A stretch of 64,000 nt of DNA, from NCBI GenBank assembly GCA_964412025.1, contig CAYPLY010000002.1, positions 33,614 through 97,613 of the forward strand, given 5' to 3'. Position 1 is the first letter of the stretch; each line of letters begins with the position of its first letter. A model generated the notes under the pieces. It had not been told where the DNA came from. It did not search any database and saw nothing but the letters and a program-made list of their open reading frames with translations. Both the position numbers and the translations under genes were made by a program. This document shows positions 8,300 through 19,244 of this stretch, piece after piece. The stretch comes from Candidatus Woesearchaeota archaeon (GTDB lineage Archaea; Nanobdellota; Nanobdellia; Pacearchaeales; GW2011-AR1).

Positions 8300-10990
8300 T
8301 TGATGAACATTAAATCAGTAAAAGAAGAATCAAAAAAGGTTTTGGGTTTTCTAAAGCAGAAGAAAGTACTTATAATAATAACCGCTATTCTTTTGTTAGC
8401 TGTAATTTTCTTTACTGCTCAAATAAGGACTAATAATATATCCATATTAAAGGATGCTACAACCGGAGAATATCTTACAGCAGATTTAGATGCTTTTTAC
8501 TGGTTGAGACTTGCAGAAGTATTATATGAGAATGGGGCATACCCCGAATATGATGATATGAGGTATCCTTTACTTAAACTTCCATTCACGCATGAAATCT
8601 TGCCAAATGTATTAGTTTTTTTATATAAAATTATATCTCCTTTCTCAGAGAATATAACTCTGGCATATGTTGATGTTATTTATCCTGTAATCTTTTTTGT
8701 GTTAAGTATGGTCGTGTTTTTCTTTTTAATATTAAAACTTACTCGTTCTAAACTTGCTGCATTGCTTTCAAGCTTTTTTCTGGCAATAATTCCTTCATAC
8801 CTGTTCAGAACAATGGCAGGGGTTTCTGATCACGAGCCAATAGGAATGTTTGCGTTCTTCTTAGCACTCTTAGCATTTACAATATCGATGCAACAAATTG
8901 AAAAAAGAAATTCATGGAAATTGGCAATACTATTTGGAGTTATCACAGGATTTTTAACAGTGTTCAATATGGCTGCTTGGGGAGGATCTGCTATATTTAC
9001 CTTGTTGATAGTTCCATTAACAATATTCTTTCTTTGGATAACAAATATAAACAAAACGGAAGAGGGTAAAAATAATCTTAAAGAATATTTGATGTTTTAC
9101 ATATTCTGGATATTATCTTTTATATTGTTAGGAGGGTTATTTTCTTACCCTATAACAACATCATTAAGTTTTATAATGAATATAAGGGGAATAATCATAC
9201 CTCTTGTACTAATATTCCTTGTGGTAGATTATTTGGTTATGCATTTAAAAGACAGAAGAATAAGAGAGCTTGGAAAATATAGGATACTTGTAAGTCTAGG
9301 AATATCAATAATTCTTGGAATATTAATAAGTTTGATATTTAATCAGACAATAGGACTATCTATATCTGGAATTATATCTAATATACTTCGTCCATTTGGG
9401 GGAGGAAGAGTTGGTGAAACTGTTGCAGAGAATGCGCTTCCTTACACAACTGATATTATGGGACAGATAGGAAAATCAATGTTTTGGATATTCTTTGGGG
9501 GAATTCTTATTATGGGTATTGATTTTGCTAAGGGAATTGGAAAAAAGAAAAACAAAATAATATTCTCGTTAACATGGGCATTGATGATATGTGGAATATT
9601 ATTACATAGATATTCAACAAGTTCTTTATTTAATGGAACTTCATTTATAAGTAAGTTTTTTTATCTTGGAAGTATTATTCTTTTCTTTGGAATATTTATA
9701 TGGATATATTTTAAAGATAAGATAATTGTAAAGAGTGAGAAGATAATTTTACTTCTTTTCACATTTTTTATGGCTATGGCAGGGGTGAGTGCTATAAGAT
9801 TGTTGTTTATATTCACTCCTATAGTTTGTATAGTCGCTGCATATGCAATAGTGAGGATTTATCAGTATGGAAGAGATAGTAAAGATGAGATATTTAAAAT
9901 AGTGGCATATGCTGTTTTAGTTGGAGTTGTAGTACTTTTGATAATTGCTTCTGTAAATTATATAAAAGCCATTAAAATTCAATCGACTCAAATTGGTTCA
10001 TCTGCAAATGCACAATGGCAGTATTCAATGGAATGGGTAAGAGAGAATACTCAACCTGGAGAAGTTTTCGTTCATTGGTGGGATTATGGGTATTGGGTGC
10101 AATATATGGGTGAAAGACCAACCGTTACAGATGGTGGACATGGAAATCTTTATTGGGATCATTTAATAGGAAGGTATCTATTAACTACTCCTAACCCAGA
10201 TACTGCATTAAGTTTTATGAAAGCTCAGAATGTTTCTTATTTATTAATAGATCCAACAGATATAGGAAAATATTCTGCCTATAGCAGCATTGGAGGGAAT
10301 GAAAATGGAAATGATAGATTCTCATTTATACCTGTGATGGTATCTAATCCAGACCAGATACAAGAGACTAAGAACGGAACTATAAGAATATACAACGGGG
10401 GATATGGCTTGGACGAGGATATCATATACAAACAAGAGGATGGAAGCACTGTATTTATACCTACTCAAAATTCTGGAATAGGAGGGATAATTCTTGAAAA
10501 GGAAAAAGATAAATTCAAACAGCCTATCGCAGCATATATTTATAATGGAAATCAAATAAACCTTCCCGTAAGATATTTGTATTATAACGGAACTTGGTAT
10601 GATTTCAAAAATGGAACAAATACAGCAGTATATATAATTCCTCAAATAAGCCAGGTGAATACAGGACTTCAGCTAGATGAAGAAGGGGCTTTGATATATA
10701 TGTCATCAAGAGTTGTGGATAGTTTAGTTGCTCAGCTTTATTTGATGAACGATCCACAAGGAAAGTACGAAGGAGTAGAACTAGTACATTCTGAGCCAGA
10801 CCCAATAGAAACTTATCTTGAAAGATATGCAAATATGGATATTAATGAATTCTTTTACTTTAATGGACTTAGAGGACCGCTTAAGATATGGGAAGTTAAC
10901 CCCCCTGAGAATATAATTGCTAGAGAAGAATTCACTGCAATTTCTGGAGATTATGCAAGTTTGGATGATTTGGAATTTATAAAATTATAA
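8300..10990 (+). CDS. aglB: Oligosaccharyltransferase AglB (STT3 homologue)
   Basis: WWDYGYW catalytic motif (FVHWWDYGYWVQYMG); 13-TM N-terminal domain plus C-terminal soluble domain; 896 aa. Confidence 0.9.
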   Translation: MMNIKSVKEESKKVLGFLKQKKVLIIITAILLLAVIFFTAQIRTNNISILKDATTGEYLTADLDAFYWLRLAEVLYENGAYPEYDDMRYPLLKLPFTHEILPNVLVFLYKIISPFSENITLAYVDVIYPVIFFVLSMVVFFFLILKLTRSKLAALLSSFFLAIIPSYLFRTMAGVSDHEPIGMFAFFLALLAFTISMQQIEKRNSWKLAILFGVITGFLTVFNMAAWGGSAIFTLLIVPLTIFFLWITNINKTEEGKNNLKEYLMFYIFWILSFILLGGLFSYPITTSLSFIMNIRGIIIPLVLIFLVVDYLVMHLKDRRIRELGKYRILVSLGISIILGILISLIFNQTIGLSISGIISNILRPFGGGRVGETVAENALPYTTDIMGQIGKSMFWIFFGGILIMGIDFAKGIGKKKNKIIFSLTWALMICGILLHRYSTSSLFNGTSFISKFFYLGSIILFFGIFIWIYFKDKIIVKSEKIILLLFTFFMAMAGVSAIRLLFIFTPIVCIVAAYAIVRIYQYGRDSKDEIFKIVAYAVLVGVVVLLIIASVNYIKAIKIQSTQIGSSANAQWQYSMEWVRENTQPGEVFVHWWDYGYWVQYMGERPTVTDGGHGNLYWDHLIGRYLLTTPNPDTALSFMKAQNVSYLLIDPTDIGKYSAYSSIGGNENGNDRFSFIPVMVSNPDQIQETKNGTIRIYNGGYGLDEDIIYKQEDGSTVFIPTQNSGIGGIILEKEKDKFKQPIAAYIYNGNQINLPVRYLYYNGTWYDFKNGTNTAVYIIPQISQVNTGLQLDEEGALIYMSSRVVDSLVAQLYLMNDPQGKYEGVELVHSEPDPIETYLERYANMDINEFFYFNGLRGPLKIWEVNPPENIIAREEFTAISGDYASLDDLEFIKL

Positions 10991-10991
10991 T

Positions 10992-12092
10992 ATGAAAAAC
11001 AACATGGATAAGGTTGCGATAGTAAAATGTGGAAGTTATAAACAAGAGGATATAGATTTGGCTGTAAACAGAGTCTTGAAGTTGCTAGATTTACCTGTGA
11101 ATAAATATAAACATATCCTGATTAAGCCAAATATAATAGGATATTTCAAAGAGAATTTGGATGCAATCATAACTAACCCCTCAATTGTTAAATCCTTGAA
11201 AAAAAATTTTAAAAATGCAAGGGTTGGGGAAAGCTCTTTTAGTGATACAAGAGAAAATATCAGGAAATCTGGATATCAACAATTTAAACCAATAGTTTTT
11301 GAGGAAGAAGAGACTGTAGATATCGAAGATAAAAATGCAAAGGTATTGAAACATTTTAGGCTCCCTAAATCAGTTAAGGAAGCAGATTTGGTAATTAATG
11401 TGTGTAAATTAAAAACCCATCTTTTAACAAAGCTTACGGGAGGGGTAAAAAATCTTTATGGATGTATTCCTGGAAGTGTAAAACAAGTGTACCATAGAGA
11501 TGCAGAGGGAGAGAAAAAATTTTCTAAACTATTGATAGATGTTTACCAAAACATTAAACCCCAGTTGAATATTATGGATGCAGTTATTTCTATGGAAGGG
11601 GGAGGACCAACTGCGGGAAAGCCAAAAAAGACAAAATTAATCATAGCCTCACGAAATACTATCGCATTAGATGTTGTCGCCTCCAAAATAATGGGATATA
11701 ATCCAAAAAGTATATTTACAACAAGAGAAGCAGTTAAAAGAAATCTTGGGAGTTATAATGTAGAGATTGTTGGAGATTTCAAAAAGATCCCAAATTTAAG
11801 ATTTGATAAACCCTCAAGATTAAGAAGACTAATGGCTGATATGTTATTGTTAGGAGTTAGAAAAGAAAAAATTGTGGTGGACGAAAGCAAATGTACAAAA
11901 TGTGGAATTTGTGCGAGACATTGTCCTATGAAAGCTATAACCCTCAAACCTTATCCGGTAGTCGATGAGAAAAAGTGTATAAGGTGTTTTTGTTGCATTG
12001 AAGTTTGTCCAAACCATGCCCTATCCTTAAGAGAGAATTTTATGAGAAGGATGGTTAATTTTGTTAAAAAGACTGTAAATAAGATTAGATAA
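10992..12092 (+). CDS. DUF362 domain protein with C-terminal 2x[4Fe-4S] ferredoxin domain
   Basis: CTKCGICARHCP and CIRCFCCIEVCP CxxCxxCxxxCP motifs; DUF362-like N-terminal region. Confidence 0.55.
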   Translation: MKNNMDKVAIVKCGSYKQEDIDLAVNRVLKLLDLPVNKYKHILIKPNIIGYFKENLDAIITNPSIVKSLKKNFKNARVGESSFSDTRENIRKSGYQQFKPIVFEEEETVDIEDKNAKVLKHFRLPKSVKEADLVINVCKLKTHLLTKLTGGVKNLYGCIPGSVKQVYHRDAEGEKKFSKLLIDVYQNIKPQLNIMDAVISMEGGGPTAGKPKKTKLIIASRNTIALDVVASKIMGYNPKSIFTTREAVKRNLGSYNVEIVGDFKKIPNLRFDKPSRLRRLMADMLLLGVRKEKIVVDESKCTKCGICARHCPMKAITLKPYPVVDEKKCIRCFCCIEVCPNHALSLRENFMRRMVNFVKKTVNKIR

Positions 12093-12107
12093 ATAAATAG
12101 AATTTTT

Positions 12108-13268
12108 ATGTTTTATAAAATGAAAAAGAAAATAGCTATATTTCACCCTTGGATAAAAAGCAAGGGAGGAGCAGAGAAAACTGTGCTTGAAATATTAAAA
12201 AACATAAAAAATGCTGAGTTATACACCTGGGTTTATGAAAAAGAAAATACCTTTGAGGAATTTAAAGAATTCAAAATAAATGTTATAGGAGGTAAATTTT
12301 TCAGAAGATTTTCAAGATCCAATATTTTGAGGGGGATGTTCCTGATAAATTGCTTGTTTTCTAAAATACCTCTGGAGAAATATGATTTGTTTTTAATCTC
12401 AACTTCTGGATTGGCTGAATTTATTACGTTTAAAAATTACAAAAAAGGGAAGACATATGCATATGTTCATACTCCCTTGAGAGATGCTGATGAAGAGATT
12501 ATGAAATGGAATTTAAAAAATAGGCACAAAAATATTTTCTCTAAATCTATTTATAAGCTAGCCGTAAATTTTTACAAGGTTTTAGAAAAAAAATCCTGGA
12601 AGAAGATAGACTTTGCTATATTCAATTCTGAATTAAGTTTAGAGAGGGCGAAAAAGAGAAAACTGTTATATTCAAAAAAAGTAAATGTCATCTATCCTCC
12701 AACTGAGATAAAATATATAGAAAATATAAAAACAAAGAATAATGGATACTTTTTCTATCCCTCAAGAATTAACAACCCAAAAAGACAGGATTTATTAGTA
12801 AAATCCTGGAAGGTATTCTCAGAAAAACACCCTGATGAAAAACTAATCATAGCAGGTAGTATGGAGAATAAAAAATATTACAACCATATAAAAAAACTAT
12901 CAGAAAATATTCCCAATATTGAGATAAAAACAAACATAAACAACAACGATTTTCTTAGATTGTACAAAGAATGTAAGGCAGTTATATTCATACCCTTTAT
13001 GGAAGACTTTGGAATAGTTCCTTTTGAAGCACTCGCTTTTGGTAAGCCTGTGATTGCAGTAGACAAAGGAGGATATGTTAAATTAATAGAAAAAGTTCCA
13101 CAATATTTCAAGATAAAAGAAACCTCCTCAGAAAAAGATATGATAAAAGAGATAAATAATACCCTAGAGATATTTTTAAGATCAAAAATAACCCCTAAAA
13201 AAATAACAAATCTATCTTACAACACGAATAATTTTATAAAGAATATAAGCAAAACATTAGGGTTGTAA
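12108..13268 (+). CDS. Glycosyltransferase family 4 (GT-B)
   Basis: EDFGIVPFEALAFGKPVIA (E-x7-E region) typical of GT4. Confidence 0.7.
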   Translation: MFYKMKKKIAIFHPWIKSKGGAEKTVLEILKNIKNAELYTWVYEKENTFEEFKEFKINVIGGKFFRRFSRSNILRGMFLINCLFSKIPLEKYDLFLISTSGLAEFITFKNYKKGKTYAYVHTPLRDADEEIMKWNLKNRHKNIFSKSIYKLAVNFYKVLEKKSWKKIDFAIFNSELSLERAKKRKLLYSKKVNVIYPPTEIKYIENIKTKNNGYFFYPSRINNPKRQDLLVKSWKVFSEKHPDEKLIIAGSMENKKYYNHIKKLSENIPNIEIKTNINNNDFLRLYKECKAVIFIPFMEDFGIVPFEALAFGKPVIAVDKGGYVKLIEKVPQYFKIKETSSEKDMIKEINNTLEIFLRSKITPKKITNLSYNTNNFIKNISKTLGL

Positions 13269-13269
13269 A

Positions 13270-14121
13270 ATGAAAGAACTTGTATCAATAAACATTCCAA
13301 CTTATAACAATATAAAAACATTGGGTAAGACTCTTGAGAGTATAAAAAATCAAACTTATACAAACCTAGAGATAATTATAATTGATAGCAATAGTACGGA
13401 TGGTACTTTAGATCTAATCAAGAAATTTAAGGGAATAAAAGTATATCAATATCAGGGCACTCTTTTGGGGGCAAGAGGGTTAGGGGTGGAAAAGTCAAAG
13501 GGAAAATATGTTTTTCTTGTAGATTCTGATCATGTTCTTAAATCGGATACGATTGAAAAGGGGGTTGAATCAATGAAAAAATACGACATGTCCTGGTTGT
13601 ATGAAAGAAGTTACAAACCTAGAAAACTTCTTGAGAGATTGTATGATGCAGACAGAGTTCTAGTTCAAAATGATGCTTCCGAATATATAGAACCTGTGGG
13701 AGGAACTATTCTCCCAAGAGTGTACAAAAGAGAAATCTTGGTGGAAGCATTCAATAAAATACCTAAGAAGATATTGCCTCTTTGTGTTGCTCATGATCAT
13801 GCGATAATATATTACGAAGCAAAAAAAATATCAAATAAAATAGGAAATATTGGAGATTACAATCACCCTGCAATCTGGCATCAGGAACCATGGAGTTGGA
13901 AGAATTTATTTAAGAAAACTTATAGATATGGAATTACAACAAGGAAATTAGTTGAGAATAAAGTTTATCCTGAGCTTTTAAAATCGAAAAATAAGGGGAG
14001 AAAGATAAAAATAAAATATTTAGGATTAGCTGTAAAAAGCAATATACTTAGGGCAATAAGGGCAATTCCTTATTTATACGGATATTGGAGAGGAAGAAAA
14101 AGGAAAATACCGACCCTATAA
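13270..14121 (+). CDS. Glycosyltransferase family 2
   Basis: VSINIPTYNNIKTLGKTLESI...IIIIDSNSTDGT; GT-A N-terminal signature with DxD. Confidence 0.7.
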   Translation: MKELVSINIPTYNNIKTLGKTLESIKNQTYTNLEIIIIDSNSTDGTLDLIKKFKGIKVYQYQGTLLGARGLGVEKSKGKYVFLVDSDHVLKSDTIEKGVESMKKYDMSWLYERSYKPRKLLERLYDADRVLVQNDASEYIEPVGGTILPRVYKREILVEAFNKIPKKILPLCVAHDHAIIYYEAKKISNKIGNIGDYNHPAIWHQEPWSWKNLFKKTYRYGITTRKLVENKVYPELLKSKNKGRKIKIKYLGLAVKSNILRAIRAIPYLYGYWRGRKRKIPTL

Positions 14122-14156
14122 GTAGAAAAATATTAAATAAGATTTAAGTTATAGTT

Positions 14157-15068
14157 ATGGATAAAAAACTAGCAATAATAATATGTGGATATAATCAGAA
14201 GAAACTTCTTAAGGACTGTCTTAAAAGTATAAAGAAAAAAACCTCTTATAAAAACTACAAGGTGTATTTTATAGATGATTCTGGAAAAGGAGAAATAGCT
14301 AAAGAAGTAAAGAGAGATTTCACCTGGGTAAATGTCTCTGAGAATAAGGAGAATCTAGGGTTTTCTAAATCAAACAATATAGGGATAAATAAAGCAATGA
14401 AAGAATACAACCCGGATTATTTCCTTTTATTAAATGATGATACAGAGATTGTAGATGGTAAGTGGATTGAAAAGATGATAAAAACGGGGGAAAAGGACAA
14501 AAGAATAGGAATATTGGGATGTAACATAATTTATCCTGATGGAAGCCTACAAAACATAGGAGGATATCTAAGAAAATGGAAGATTGAATTAGAAGATGAT
14601 AAAAACAAGAAAGAGATTTTTGAGGTGGATCATGTGATGGGGGCATTTTTAATGATAAAAAAAGAGGTAATAAAAGAAATAGGTGTCTTAGATGAAGTAT
14701 TCTCTCCTTATTTATTAGAAGATACGGACTATTGTTTAAGAGCCAAGAAAAAAAGGTGGAAAATTGTAAGTGTACCCGAAGTTAAGATAATTCATAAAAA
14801 AGGCAAGAGTATTGACTCTCAAGAAAATAAAAAAAGTCTTCTGGTTAGATTTAAAAACGACATTATCTTTTCAAAAAAACACCTTAAAGGATGGAATAAA
14901 TTTTTTAGAATATTTATTTACCTTCCTTTGGTTGCAGTTTTTAGGAAAAAACAAGACAGAGATAAACTAAAGCTAAGTAAGTTTAGAATAAGAAAAAAAT
15001 TCTTAAGAAACTTGGGTTTATGGGTTATTGCATTTTTCCCTAGAATGTACAAGAATAAGTTAAGATGA
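14157..15068 (+). CDS. Glycosyltransferase family 2 (paralogue of 19225..20160)
   Basis: LAIIICGYNQ...YKVYFIDDSGKGEIAKEV...LLNDDTEI is a GT2 signature; strong similarity to the 19225 gene. Confidence 0.7.
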   Translation: MDKKLAIIICGYNQKKLLKDCLKSIKKKTSYKNYKVYFIDDSGKGEIAKEVKRDFTWVNVSENKENLGFSKSNNIGINKAMKEYNPDYFLLLNDDTEIVDGKWIEKMIKTGEKDKRIGILGCNIIYPDGSLQNIGGYLRKWKIELEDDKNKKEIFEVDHVMGAFLMIKKEVIKEIGVLDEVFSPYLLEDTDYCLRAKKKRWKIVSVPEVKIIHKKGKSIDSQENKKSLLVRFKNDIIFSKKHLKGWNKFFRIFIYLPLVAVFRKKQDRDKLKLSKFRIRKKFLRNLGLWVIAFFPRMYKNKLR

Positions 15069-16078
15069 TAAAAAGAATATTATATAAAATAAGAGCAAAT
15101 AGAGTGGGTTACCATATAGGAAGAAAATTTCTATCGACTCCATTCATTGTAAATAGCAAGTTATACAATAAGATATATGATAAAAAGATAAACAAGAACA
15201 TAAAAAAACTTGACAATGAATATCCTTATGGGCTGGAAATTGGAACAACCAATATATGTAACGCCGAATGTATAATGTGTCCACATACAAGATTAAAGAA
15301 AATGGGGACAATGGATATGAATCTTTATAAAAAAATAATAGATAATTGCAAAAAACTTAATATAACTGCGATAACCCTTTCATTTTTTGGGGAACCATTT
15401 ATAGATAAAACAATAATTGAAAAGATAAAGTATGCAAAAGAAAAGGGAATGTGTGTTTCATTTTATTCTAATGCCTCATTAATGACAAAAGAAAAATCTC
15501 AGAAGATTATTGAAGCCGGATTAGATCACATAACAATAAGTTTTGATGGAGCAACCAAAGAAACCTACGAGAAGATAAGAAAAAAGCTTAAATTTGAAGT
15601 TGTAAAAAAGAACATACTTGATTTAATTGAGAATAAGAAAAGAATGAAAAGAAATAATCCAACTATAACGCTTGTTCTTGTTGAATTAGAAGAGAATAAA
15701 AAAGAAATAAAAAGATTTTACAAAGAATGGAAAGATAAGGTTCAAAATATAAATATAATAAATATGAGAAACTGGGCTAACCAGATAACAAAAGAGGGGA
15801 CAAAAGAAAGTCTTCATTTCAATAAAAACCTGAATAGAAAACCTTGTGCACTTATATGGAAAGAATTGGTAGTGGATTGGAATGGGGATGTTGTGTTATG
15901 TAACGATGATTGGGAACATACTACAATCCTAGGAAATTTAAAAAAACAAAGTATAGAAGAAGTTTGGATGGGGGAAAAAATGAGAAAGATAAGAGAGGCA
16001 CATGTAAAAAGAGATTTCTCAAAGGTTCCTCTTTGTTCTAAGTGTAATAGGAAATCAGTATGGTGGTTAATAGATTAG
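15065..16078 (+). CDS. Radical SAM enzyme with C-terminal Cys cluster (SPASM/twitch-like)
   Basis: CNAECIMCPH (CxxxCxxC) radical-SAM motif; C-terminal CALIW...CNDDW...CSKCNR cysteines. Confidence 0.7.
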   Translation: MIKRILYKIRANRVGYHIGRKFLSTPFIVNSKLYNKIYDKKINKNIKKLDNEYPYGLEIGTTNICNAECIMCPHTRLKKMGTMDMNLYKKIIDNCKKLNITAITLSFFGEPFIDKTIIEKIKYAKEKGMCVSFYSNASLMTKEKSQKIIEAGLDHITISFDGATKETYEKIRKKLKFEVVKKNILDLIENKKRMKRNNPTITLVLVELEENKKEIKRFYKEWKDKVQNINIINMRNWANQITKEGTKESLHFNKNLNRKPCALIWKELVVDWNGDVVLCNDDWEHTTILGNLKKQSIEEVWMGEKMRKIREAHVKRDFSKVPLCSKCNRKSVWWLID

Positions 16079-16117
16079 AGGTTAAAGCAATCTATTTAAA
16101 TTAAAGACTTCCTTTTA

Positions 16118-17263
16118 ATGTATATGGTAAAAAGAAGAATCTGTTTTGTTAATGGTACTTCTCCAATGTTTAATGGGGGGATTGGAAACTATCAAAAAAA
16201 TTTAATTAATTATCTAAAGAATGAAAATTTAGATATAACCTGGTTGTATAAATCAGATAAACACGAGGATTATCTCAAGGGAGGGATAAAATATGTTGGA
16301 TTAAAGTGCAACAAACTTCCTTTTATTGATGACATCTCTTTTAATATAAAGGCAAGAAAATACCTTAATAAAAATTATTTTGATGTTATTAATTCTCATG
16401 CAATATGGGGATACTGGATGAAAAAATACAAAAAGAAAGACAATCAAAAAATAATACATACTTACCATGGGGCAACATATCCCTATTATAGAATACATCT
16501 CAAAAGATTTGGAGTAATAAAACGAATATTACTTTCTCCATTATTAATATACGGATATTTAATAGAAAAACCTCCAATGATAAATTCTGATAGGATAATC
16601 TGCGTATCCGAAAAAGTTAAAAGACAAATCGAAGAGACATACAGAAAAAGAAAAAATATTGAAGCAATAAGAACGGGGGTTAACTTGAAAGATTTTAAAT
16701 TAAGGGATAAAAATAAATCAAGAAAAAGTATAGGGTTGGAAAAAAACAAGATTTATGGATTGTATATAGCAAAGGGAGGGTATTGGATAAAGGGGCTAGA
16801 TAGAGTTGTTAAAGTTTCAGAAGAAATATACAAGGAGAACAAAAATTACAGGCTTATTGTTGCAGGTTCTGACAAGAATAAAGTAAAAAATCTCATAAAG
16901 AGAAATTTCATAATATACAAAGAAGGGGTTTCAAGAGATGAAATACCTTATTATTACAATTCCTCAGACTTCTTCTTCTGTCTATCAAGATATGAGGGGG
17001 GGGCTCCAACACTTGTAGTATCTGAAGCGATGGCCTCAGGATGTTTGATAATTAGCTCAAGAGATGCAGAACAGGAGATATTAAAGGAGGATAAAAATTG
17101 TATAATGATAGATAATTTTGATGATAAAGATGCTAAAAGAATAGTTGAGATAAATAATAATAAACAAAAAAAACAAAACTTAATTGATAATTCAATTAAA
17201 GCAATAAAGGATATTTCTCTTGAAAAATGGGGGAGAAATTATCTTGAAATATTGGTAAAATGA
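16118..17263 (+). CDS. Glycosyltransferase family 4 (GT-B)
   Basis: RYEGGAPTLVVSEAMASGCLIISS GT4 C-terminal motif. Confidence 0.65.
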   Translation: MYMVKRRICFVNGTSPMFNGGIGNYQKNLINYLKNENLDITWLYKSDKHEDYLKGGIKYVGLKCNKLPFIDDISFNIKARKYLNKNYFDVINSHAIWGYWMKKYKKKDNQKIIHTYHGATYPYYRIHLKRFGVIKRILLSPLLIYGYLIEKPPMINSDRIICVSEKVKRQIEETYRKRKNIEAIRTGVNLKDFKLRDKNKSRKSIGLEKNKIYGLYIAKGGYWIKGLDRVVKVSEEIYKENKNYRLIVAGSDKNKVKNLIKRNFIIYKEGVSRDEIPYYYNSSDFFFCLSRYEGGAPTLVVSEAMASGCLIISSRDAEQEILKEDKNCIMIDNFDDKDAKRIVEINNNKQKKQNLIDNSIKAIKDISLEKWGRNYLEILVK

Positions 17264-18225
17264 AATTAATCAAAAAATGCGAGGTATGTGGAAGTAGAGA
17301 GATAAAATTTTTATTCAAACAGAAGGATAAGAATCTAGATGTAGATAAAGAATTTTCCTTGTTTAAATGTAATAAATGTAATTCTTTATTTCCAAATCCA
17401 CAACCCACAAGCAAAGAGCTTGAAGAATATTATCCAAGAGATAAATACTACTCGTTGAGAAAAATATGCTCAAAAGAAGAATCAAAAAAAACTAAACTTA
17501 ATCTATTCTTATATGAATTATACTTTGATCTAAAAATTAAAAATCATCTTATGAGAATGATATTTTCTCCAATAAAATTTATCGTGAGAGGTACAAAGAT
17601 AAAAAAAGGGGATAAAATATTGGATATAGGGTGTGGATCAGGACAATTTCTATATGAGATGAATGAACTGGGGATGAGGGTTTATGGGGTTGAACCTGGA
17701 GAGTTTGATAAAGAAGGGAAAAATAAATATAAACTCAATATAAAAAACTCCGATTTAATAAACGCAAAATACCCTAAAGAATTCTTTGATATAATTACAA
17801 TAAACCATGTTTTGGAACACTTAAACAATCCAGATAAACAAATAAAAGAAGTTTATAGGATACTGAAAAAAGAGGGAAAATTTATAATTGGTATACCCAA
17901 TAGCAATTCTTTAGTATACAAATTATTTGGTAAAAATTGGCATCAATTAGATATACCTAGACACTTATGGAACTATTCAAACAAAAATATAAAGATATTA
18001 CTGGAAAGAAACGGATTTAAGATTAGAAAAACAAGATACAACTCAAGACCAAATCAGTTTGTAGTATCATTATATTTTCTACTTGGGATAAAAAACAGGA
18101 GTGGTAAACTAAACAGGATATTGGAAGTTATTTTCCTTCCACTAACATGGTTTGTAAACTTCTTAAGAATGGGAGACCAGATAGAAGTTTGGTGTGAGAA
18201 AGAAGTTGGGCATATAAATTATTAG
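17260..18225 (+). CDS. Class I SAM-dependent methyltransferase with N-terminal zinc ribbon
   Basis: CEVCGS...CNKCNS Zn-ribbon; ILDIGCGSGQF motif I. Confidence 0.7.
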   Translation: MKLIKKCEVCGSREIKFLFKQKDKNLDVDKEFSLFKCNKCNSLFPNPQPTSKELEEYYPRDKYYSLRKICSKEESKKTKLNLFLYELYFDLKIKNHLMRMIFSPIKFIVRGTKIKKGDKILDIGCGSGQFLYEMNELGMRVYGVEPGEFDKEGKNKYKLNIKNSDLINAKYPKEFFDIITINHVLEHLNNPDKQIKEVYRILKKEGKFIIGIPNSNSLVYKLFGKNWHQLDIPRHLWNYSNKNIKILLERNGFKIRKTRYNSRPNQFVVSLYFLLGIKNRSGKLNRILEVIFLPLTWFVNFLRMGDQIEVWCEKEVGHINY

Positions 18226-18308
18226 AGGAAGTATATTTGGATAAATAAATATTATTTTATATGCTATATATATTTAAAAAGAATTTCAAATAGGATAAAA
18301 TAGGTAAA

Positions 18309-19244
18309 ATGTCCATACAAAAGAAGATTTTAATAACCGGATGTGGGGGGATGCTTGGGAAGGCAATGTATGAAACTTTTAATAAAGAATTTAGAGTTTT
18401 AGCAACAGACATCGACTTAAACGAACCTTGGTTAAAATACCTTGATGTACGAGATTATGAACTTGTTAAAAAAGCTATTCAACAATTTAAACCAGACATT
18501 ATTTTTCATCTTGCTGCATTAACAGATTTAGAGTTTCAGGAAAAGAACCCTGAAGAAGCATATAAAACAAATGCTATTGGAACCGAAAATGTGGTGTTAC
18601 TTGCAAAGGAATATGATATTCCTTTGTTATATATCTCTACAGCAGGGATATTTGATGGTAAAAAGGATTTGTATGATGACTTTGATCCTCCAAATCCCTT
18701 AAGTGCGTATGGAAAATCAAAATATTATGGAGAAAGTCTTGTGAAAACATATCTTGACAAATATTTTGTTGTTAGGCCGGGTTGGATGATGGGCGGGGGG
18801 AAAAAGGACAAAAAATTTGTACAAAAAATAATACAACAGCTTAAGGAAGGTAAAAATGTTCTAAATGTCGTTGAAAATGTTTATGGAACTCCAAGCTATA
18901 CATATGATATTGCAAAGACGGTAAGAGAACTCATAAAAACAAAATATTATGGAGTATACAACTGCGTTTGTGGGGGAGGAAGAGTAAGTAGATATGATGT
19001 TGCACTGGAGTTAATAGAAGTGCTTGGATTAAAAGATAAAATTAAAGTGAATAAGGTATATTCTGATTTTTTTGCTTCTGATTTTTTTGCTCCCAGACCA
19101 CGTTCAGAGGCACTTATAAACAAGAAACTGGAGATTAGAGGATTGAATAGGATGAGAGATTGGAGAGCGTGTTTGGCTGAGTACGTTGAAAAAGAGTTTA
19201 AAGATATGAAAGAAAAGAATATACATGATATCTTTCATAAATAA
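18309..19244 (+). CDS. NAD(P)-dependent sugar epimerase/reductase, RmlD (dTDP-4-dehydrorhamnose reductase)-like
   Basis: ILITGCGGMLG Rossmann motif; YGKSK (YxxxK) catalytic motif; ~310 aa. Confidence 0.6.
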   Translation: MSIQKKILITGCGGMLGKAMYETFNKEFRVLATDIDLNEPWLKYLDVRDYELVKKAIQQFKPDIIFHLAALTDLEFQEKNPEEAYKTNAIGTENVVLLAKEYDIPLLYISTAGIFDGKKDLYDDFDPPNPLSAYGKSKYYGESLVKTYLDKYFVVRPGWMMGGGKKDKKFVQKIIQQLKEGKNVLNVVENVYGTPSYTYDIAKTVRELIKTKYYGVYNCVCGGGRVSRYDVALELIEVLGLKDKIKVNKVYSDFFASDFFAPRPRSEALINKKLEIRGLNRMRDWRACLAEYVEKEFKDMKEKNIHDIFHK

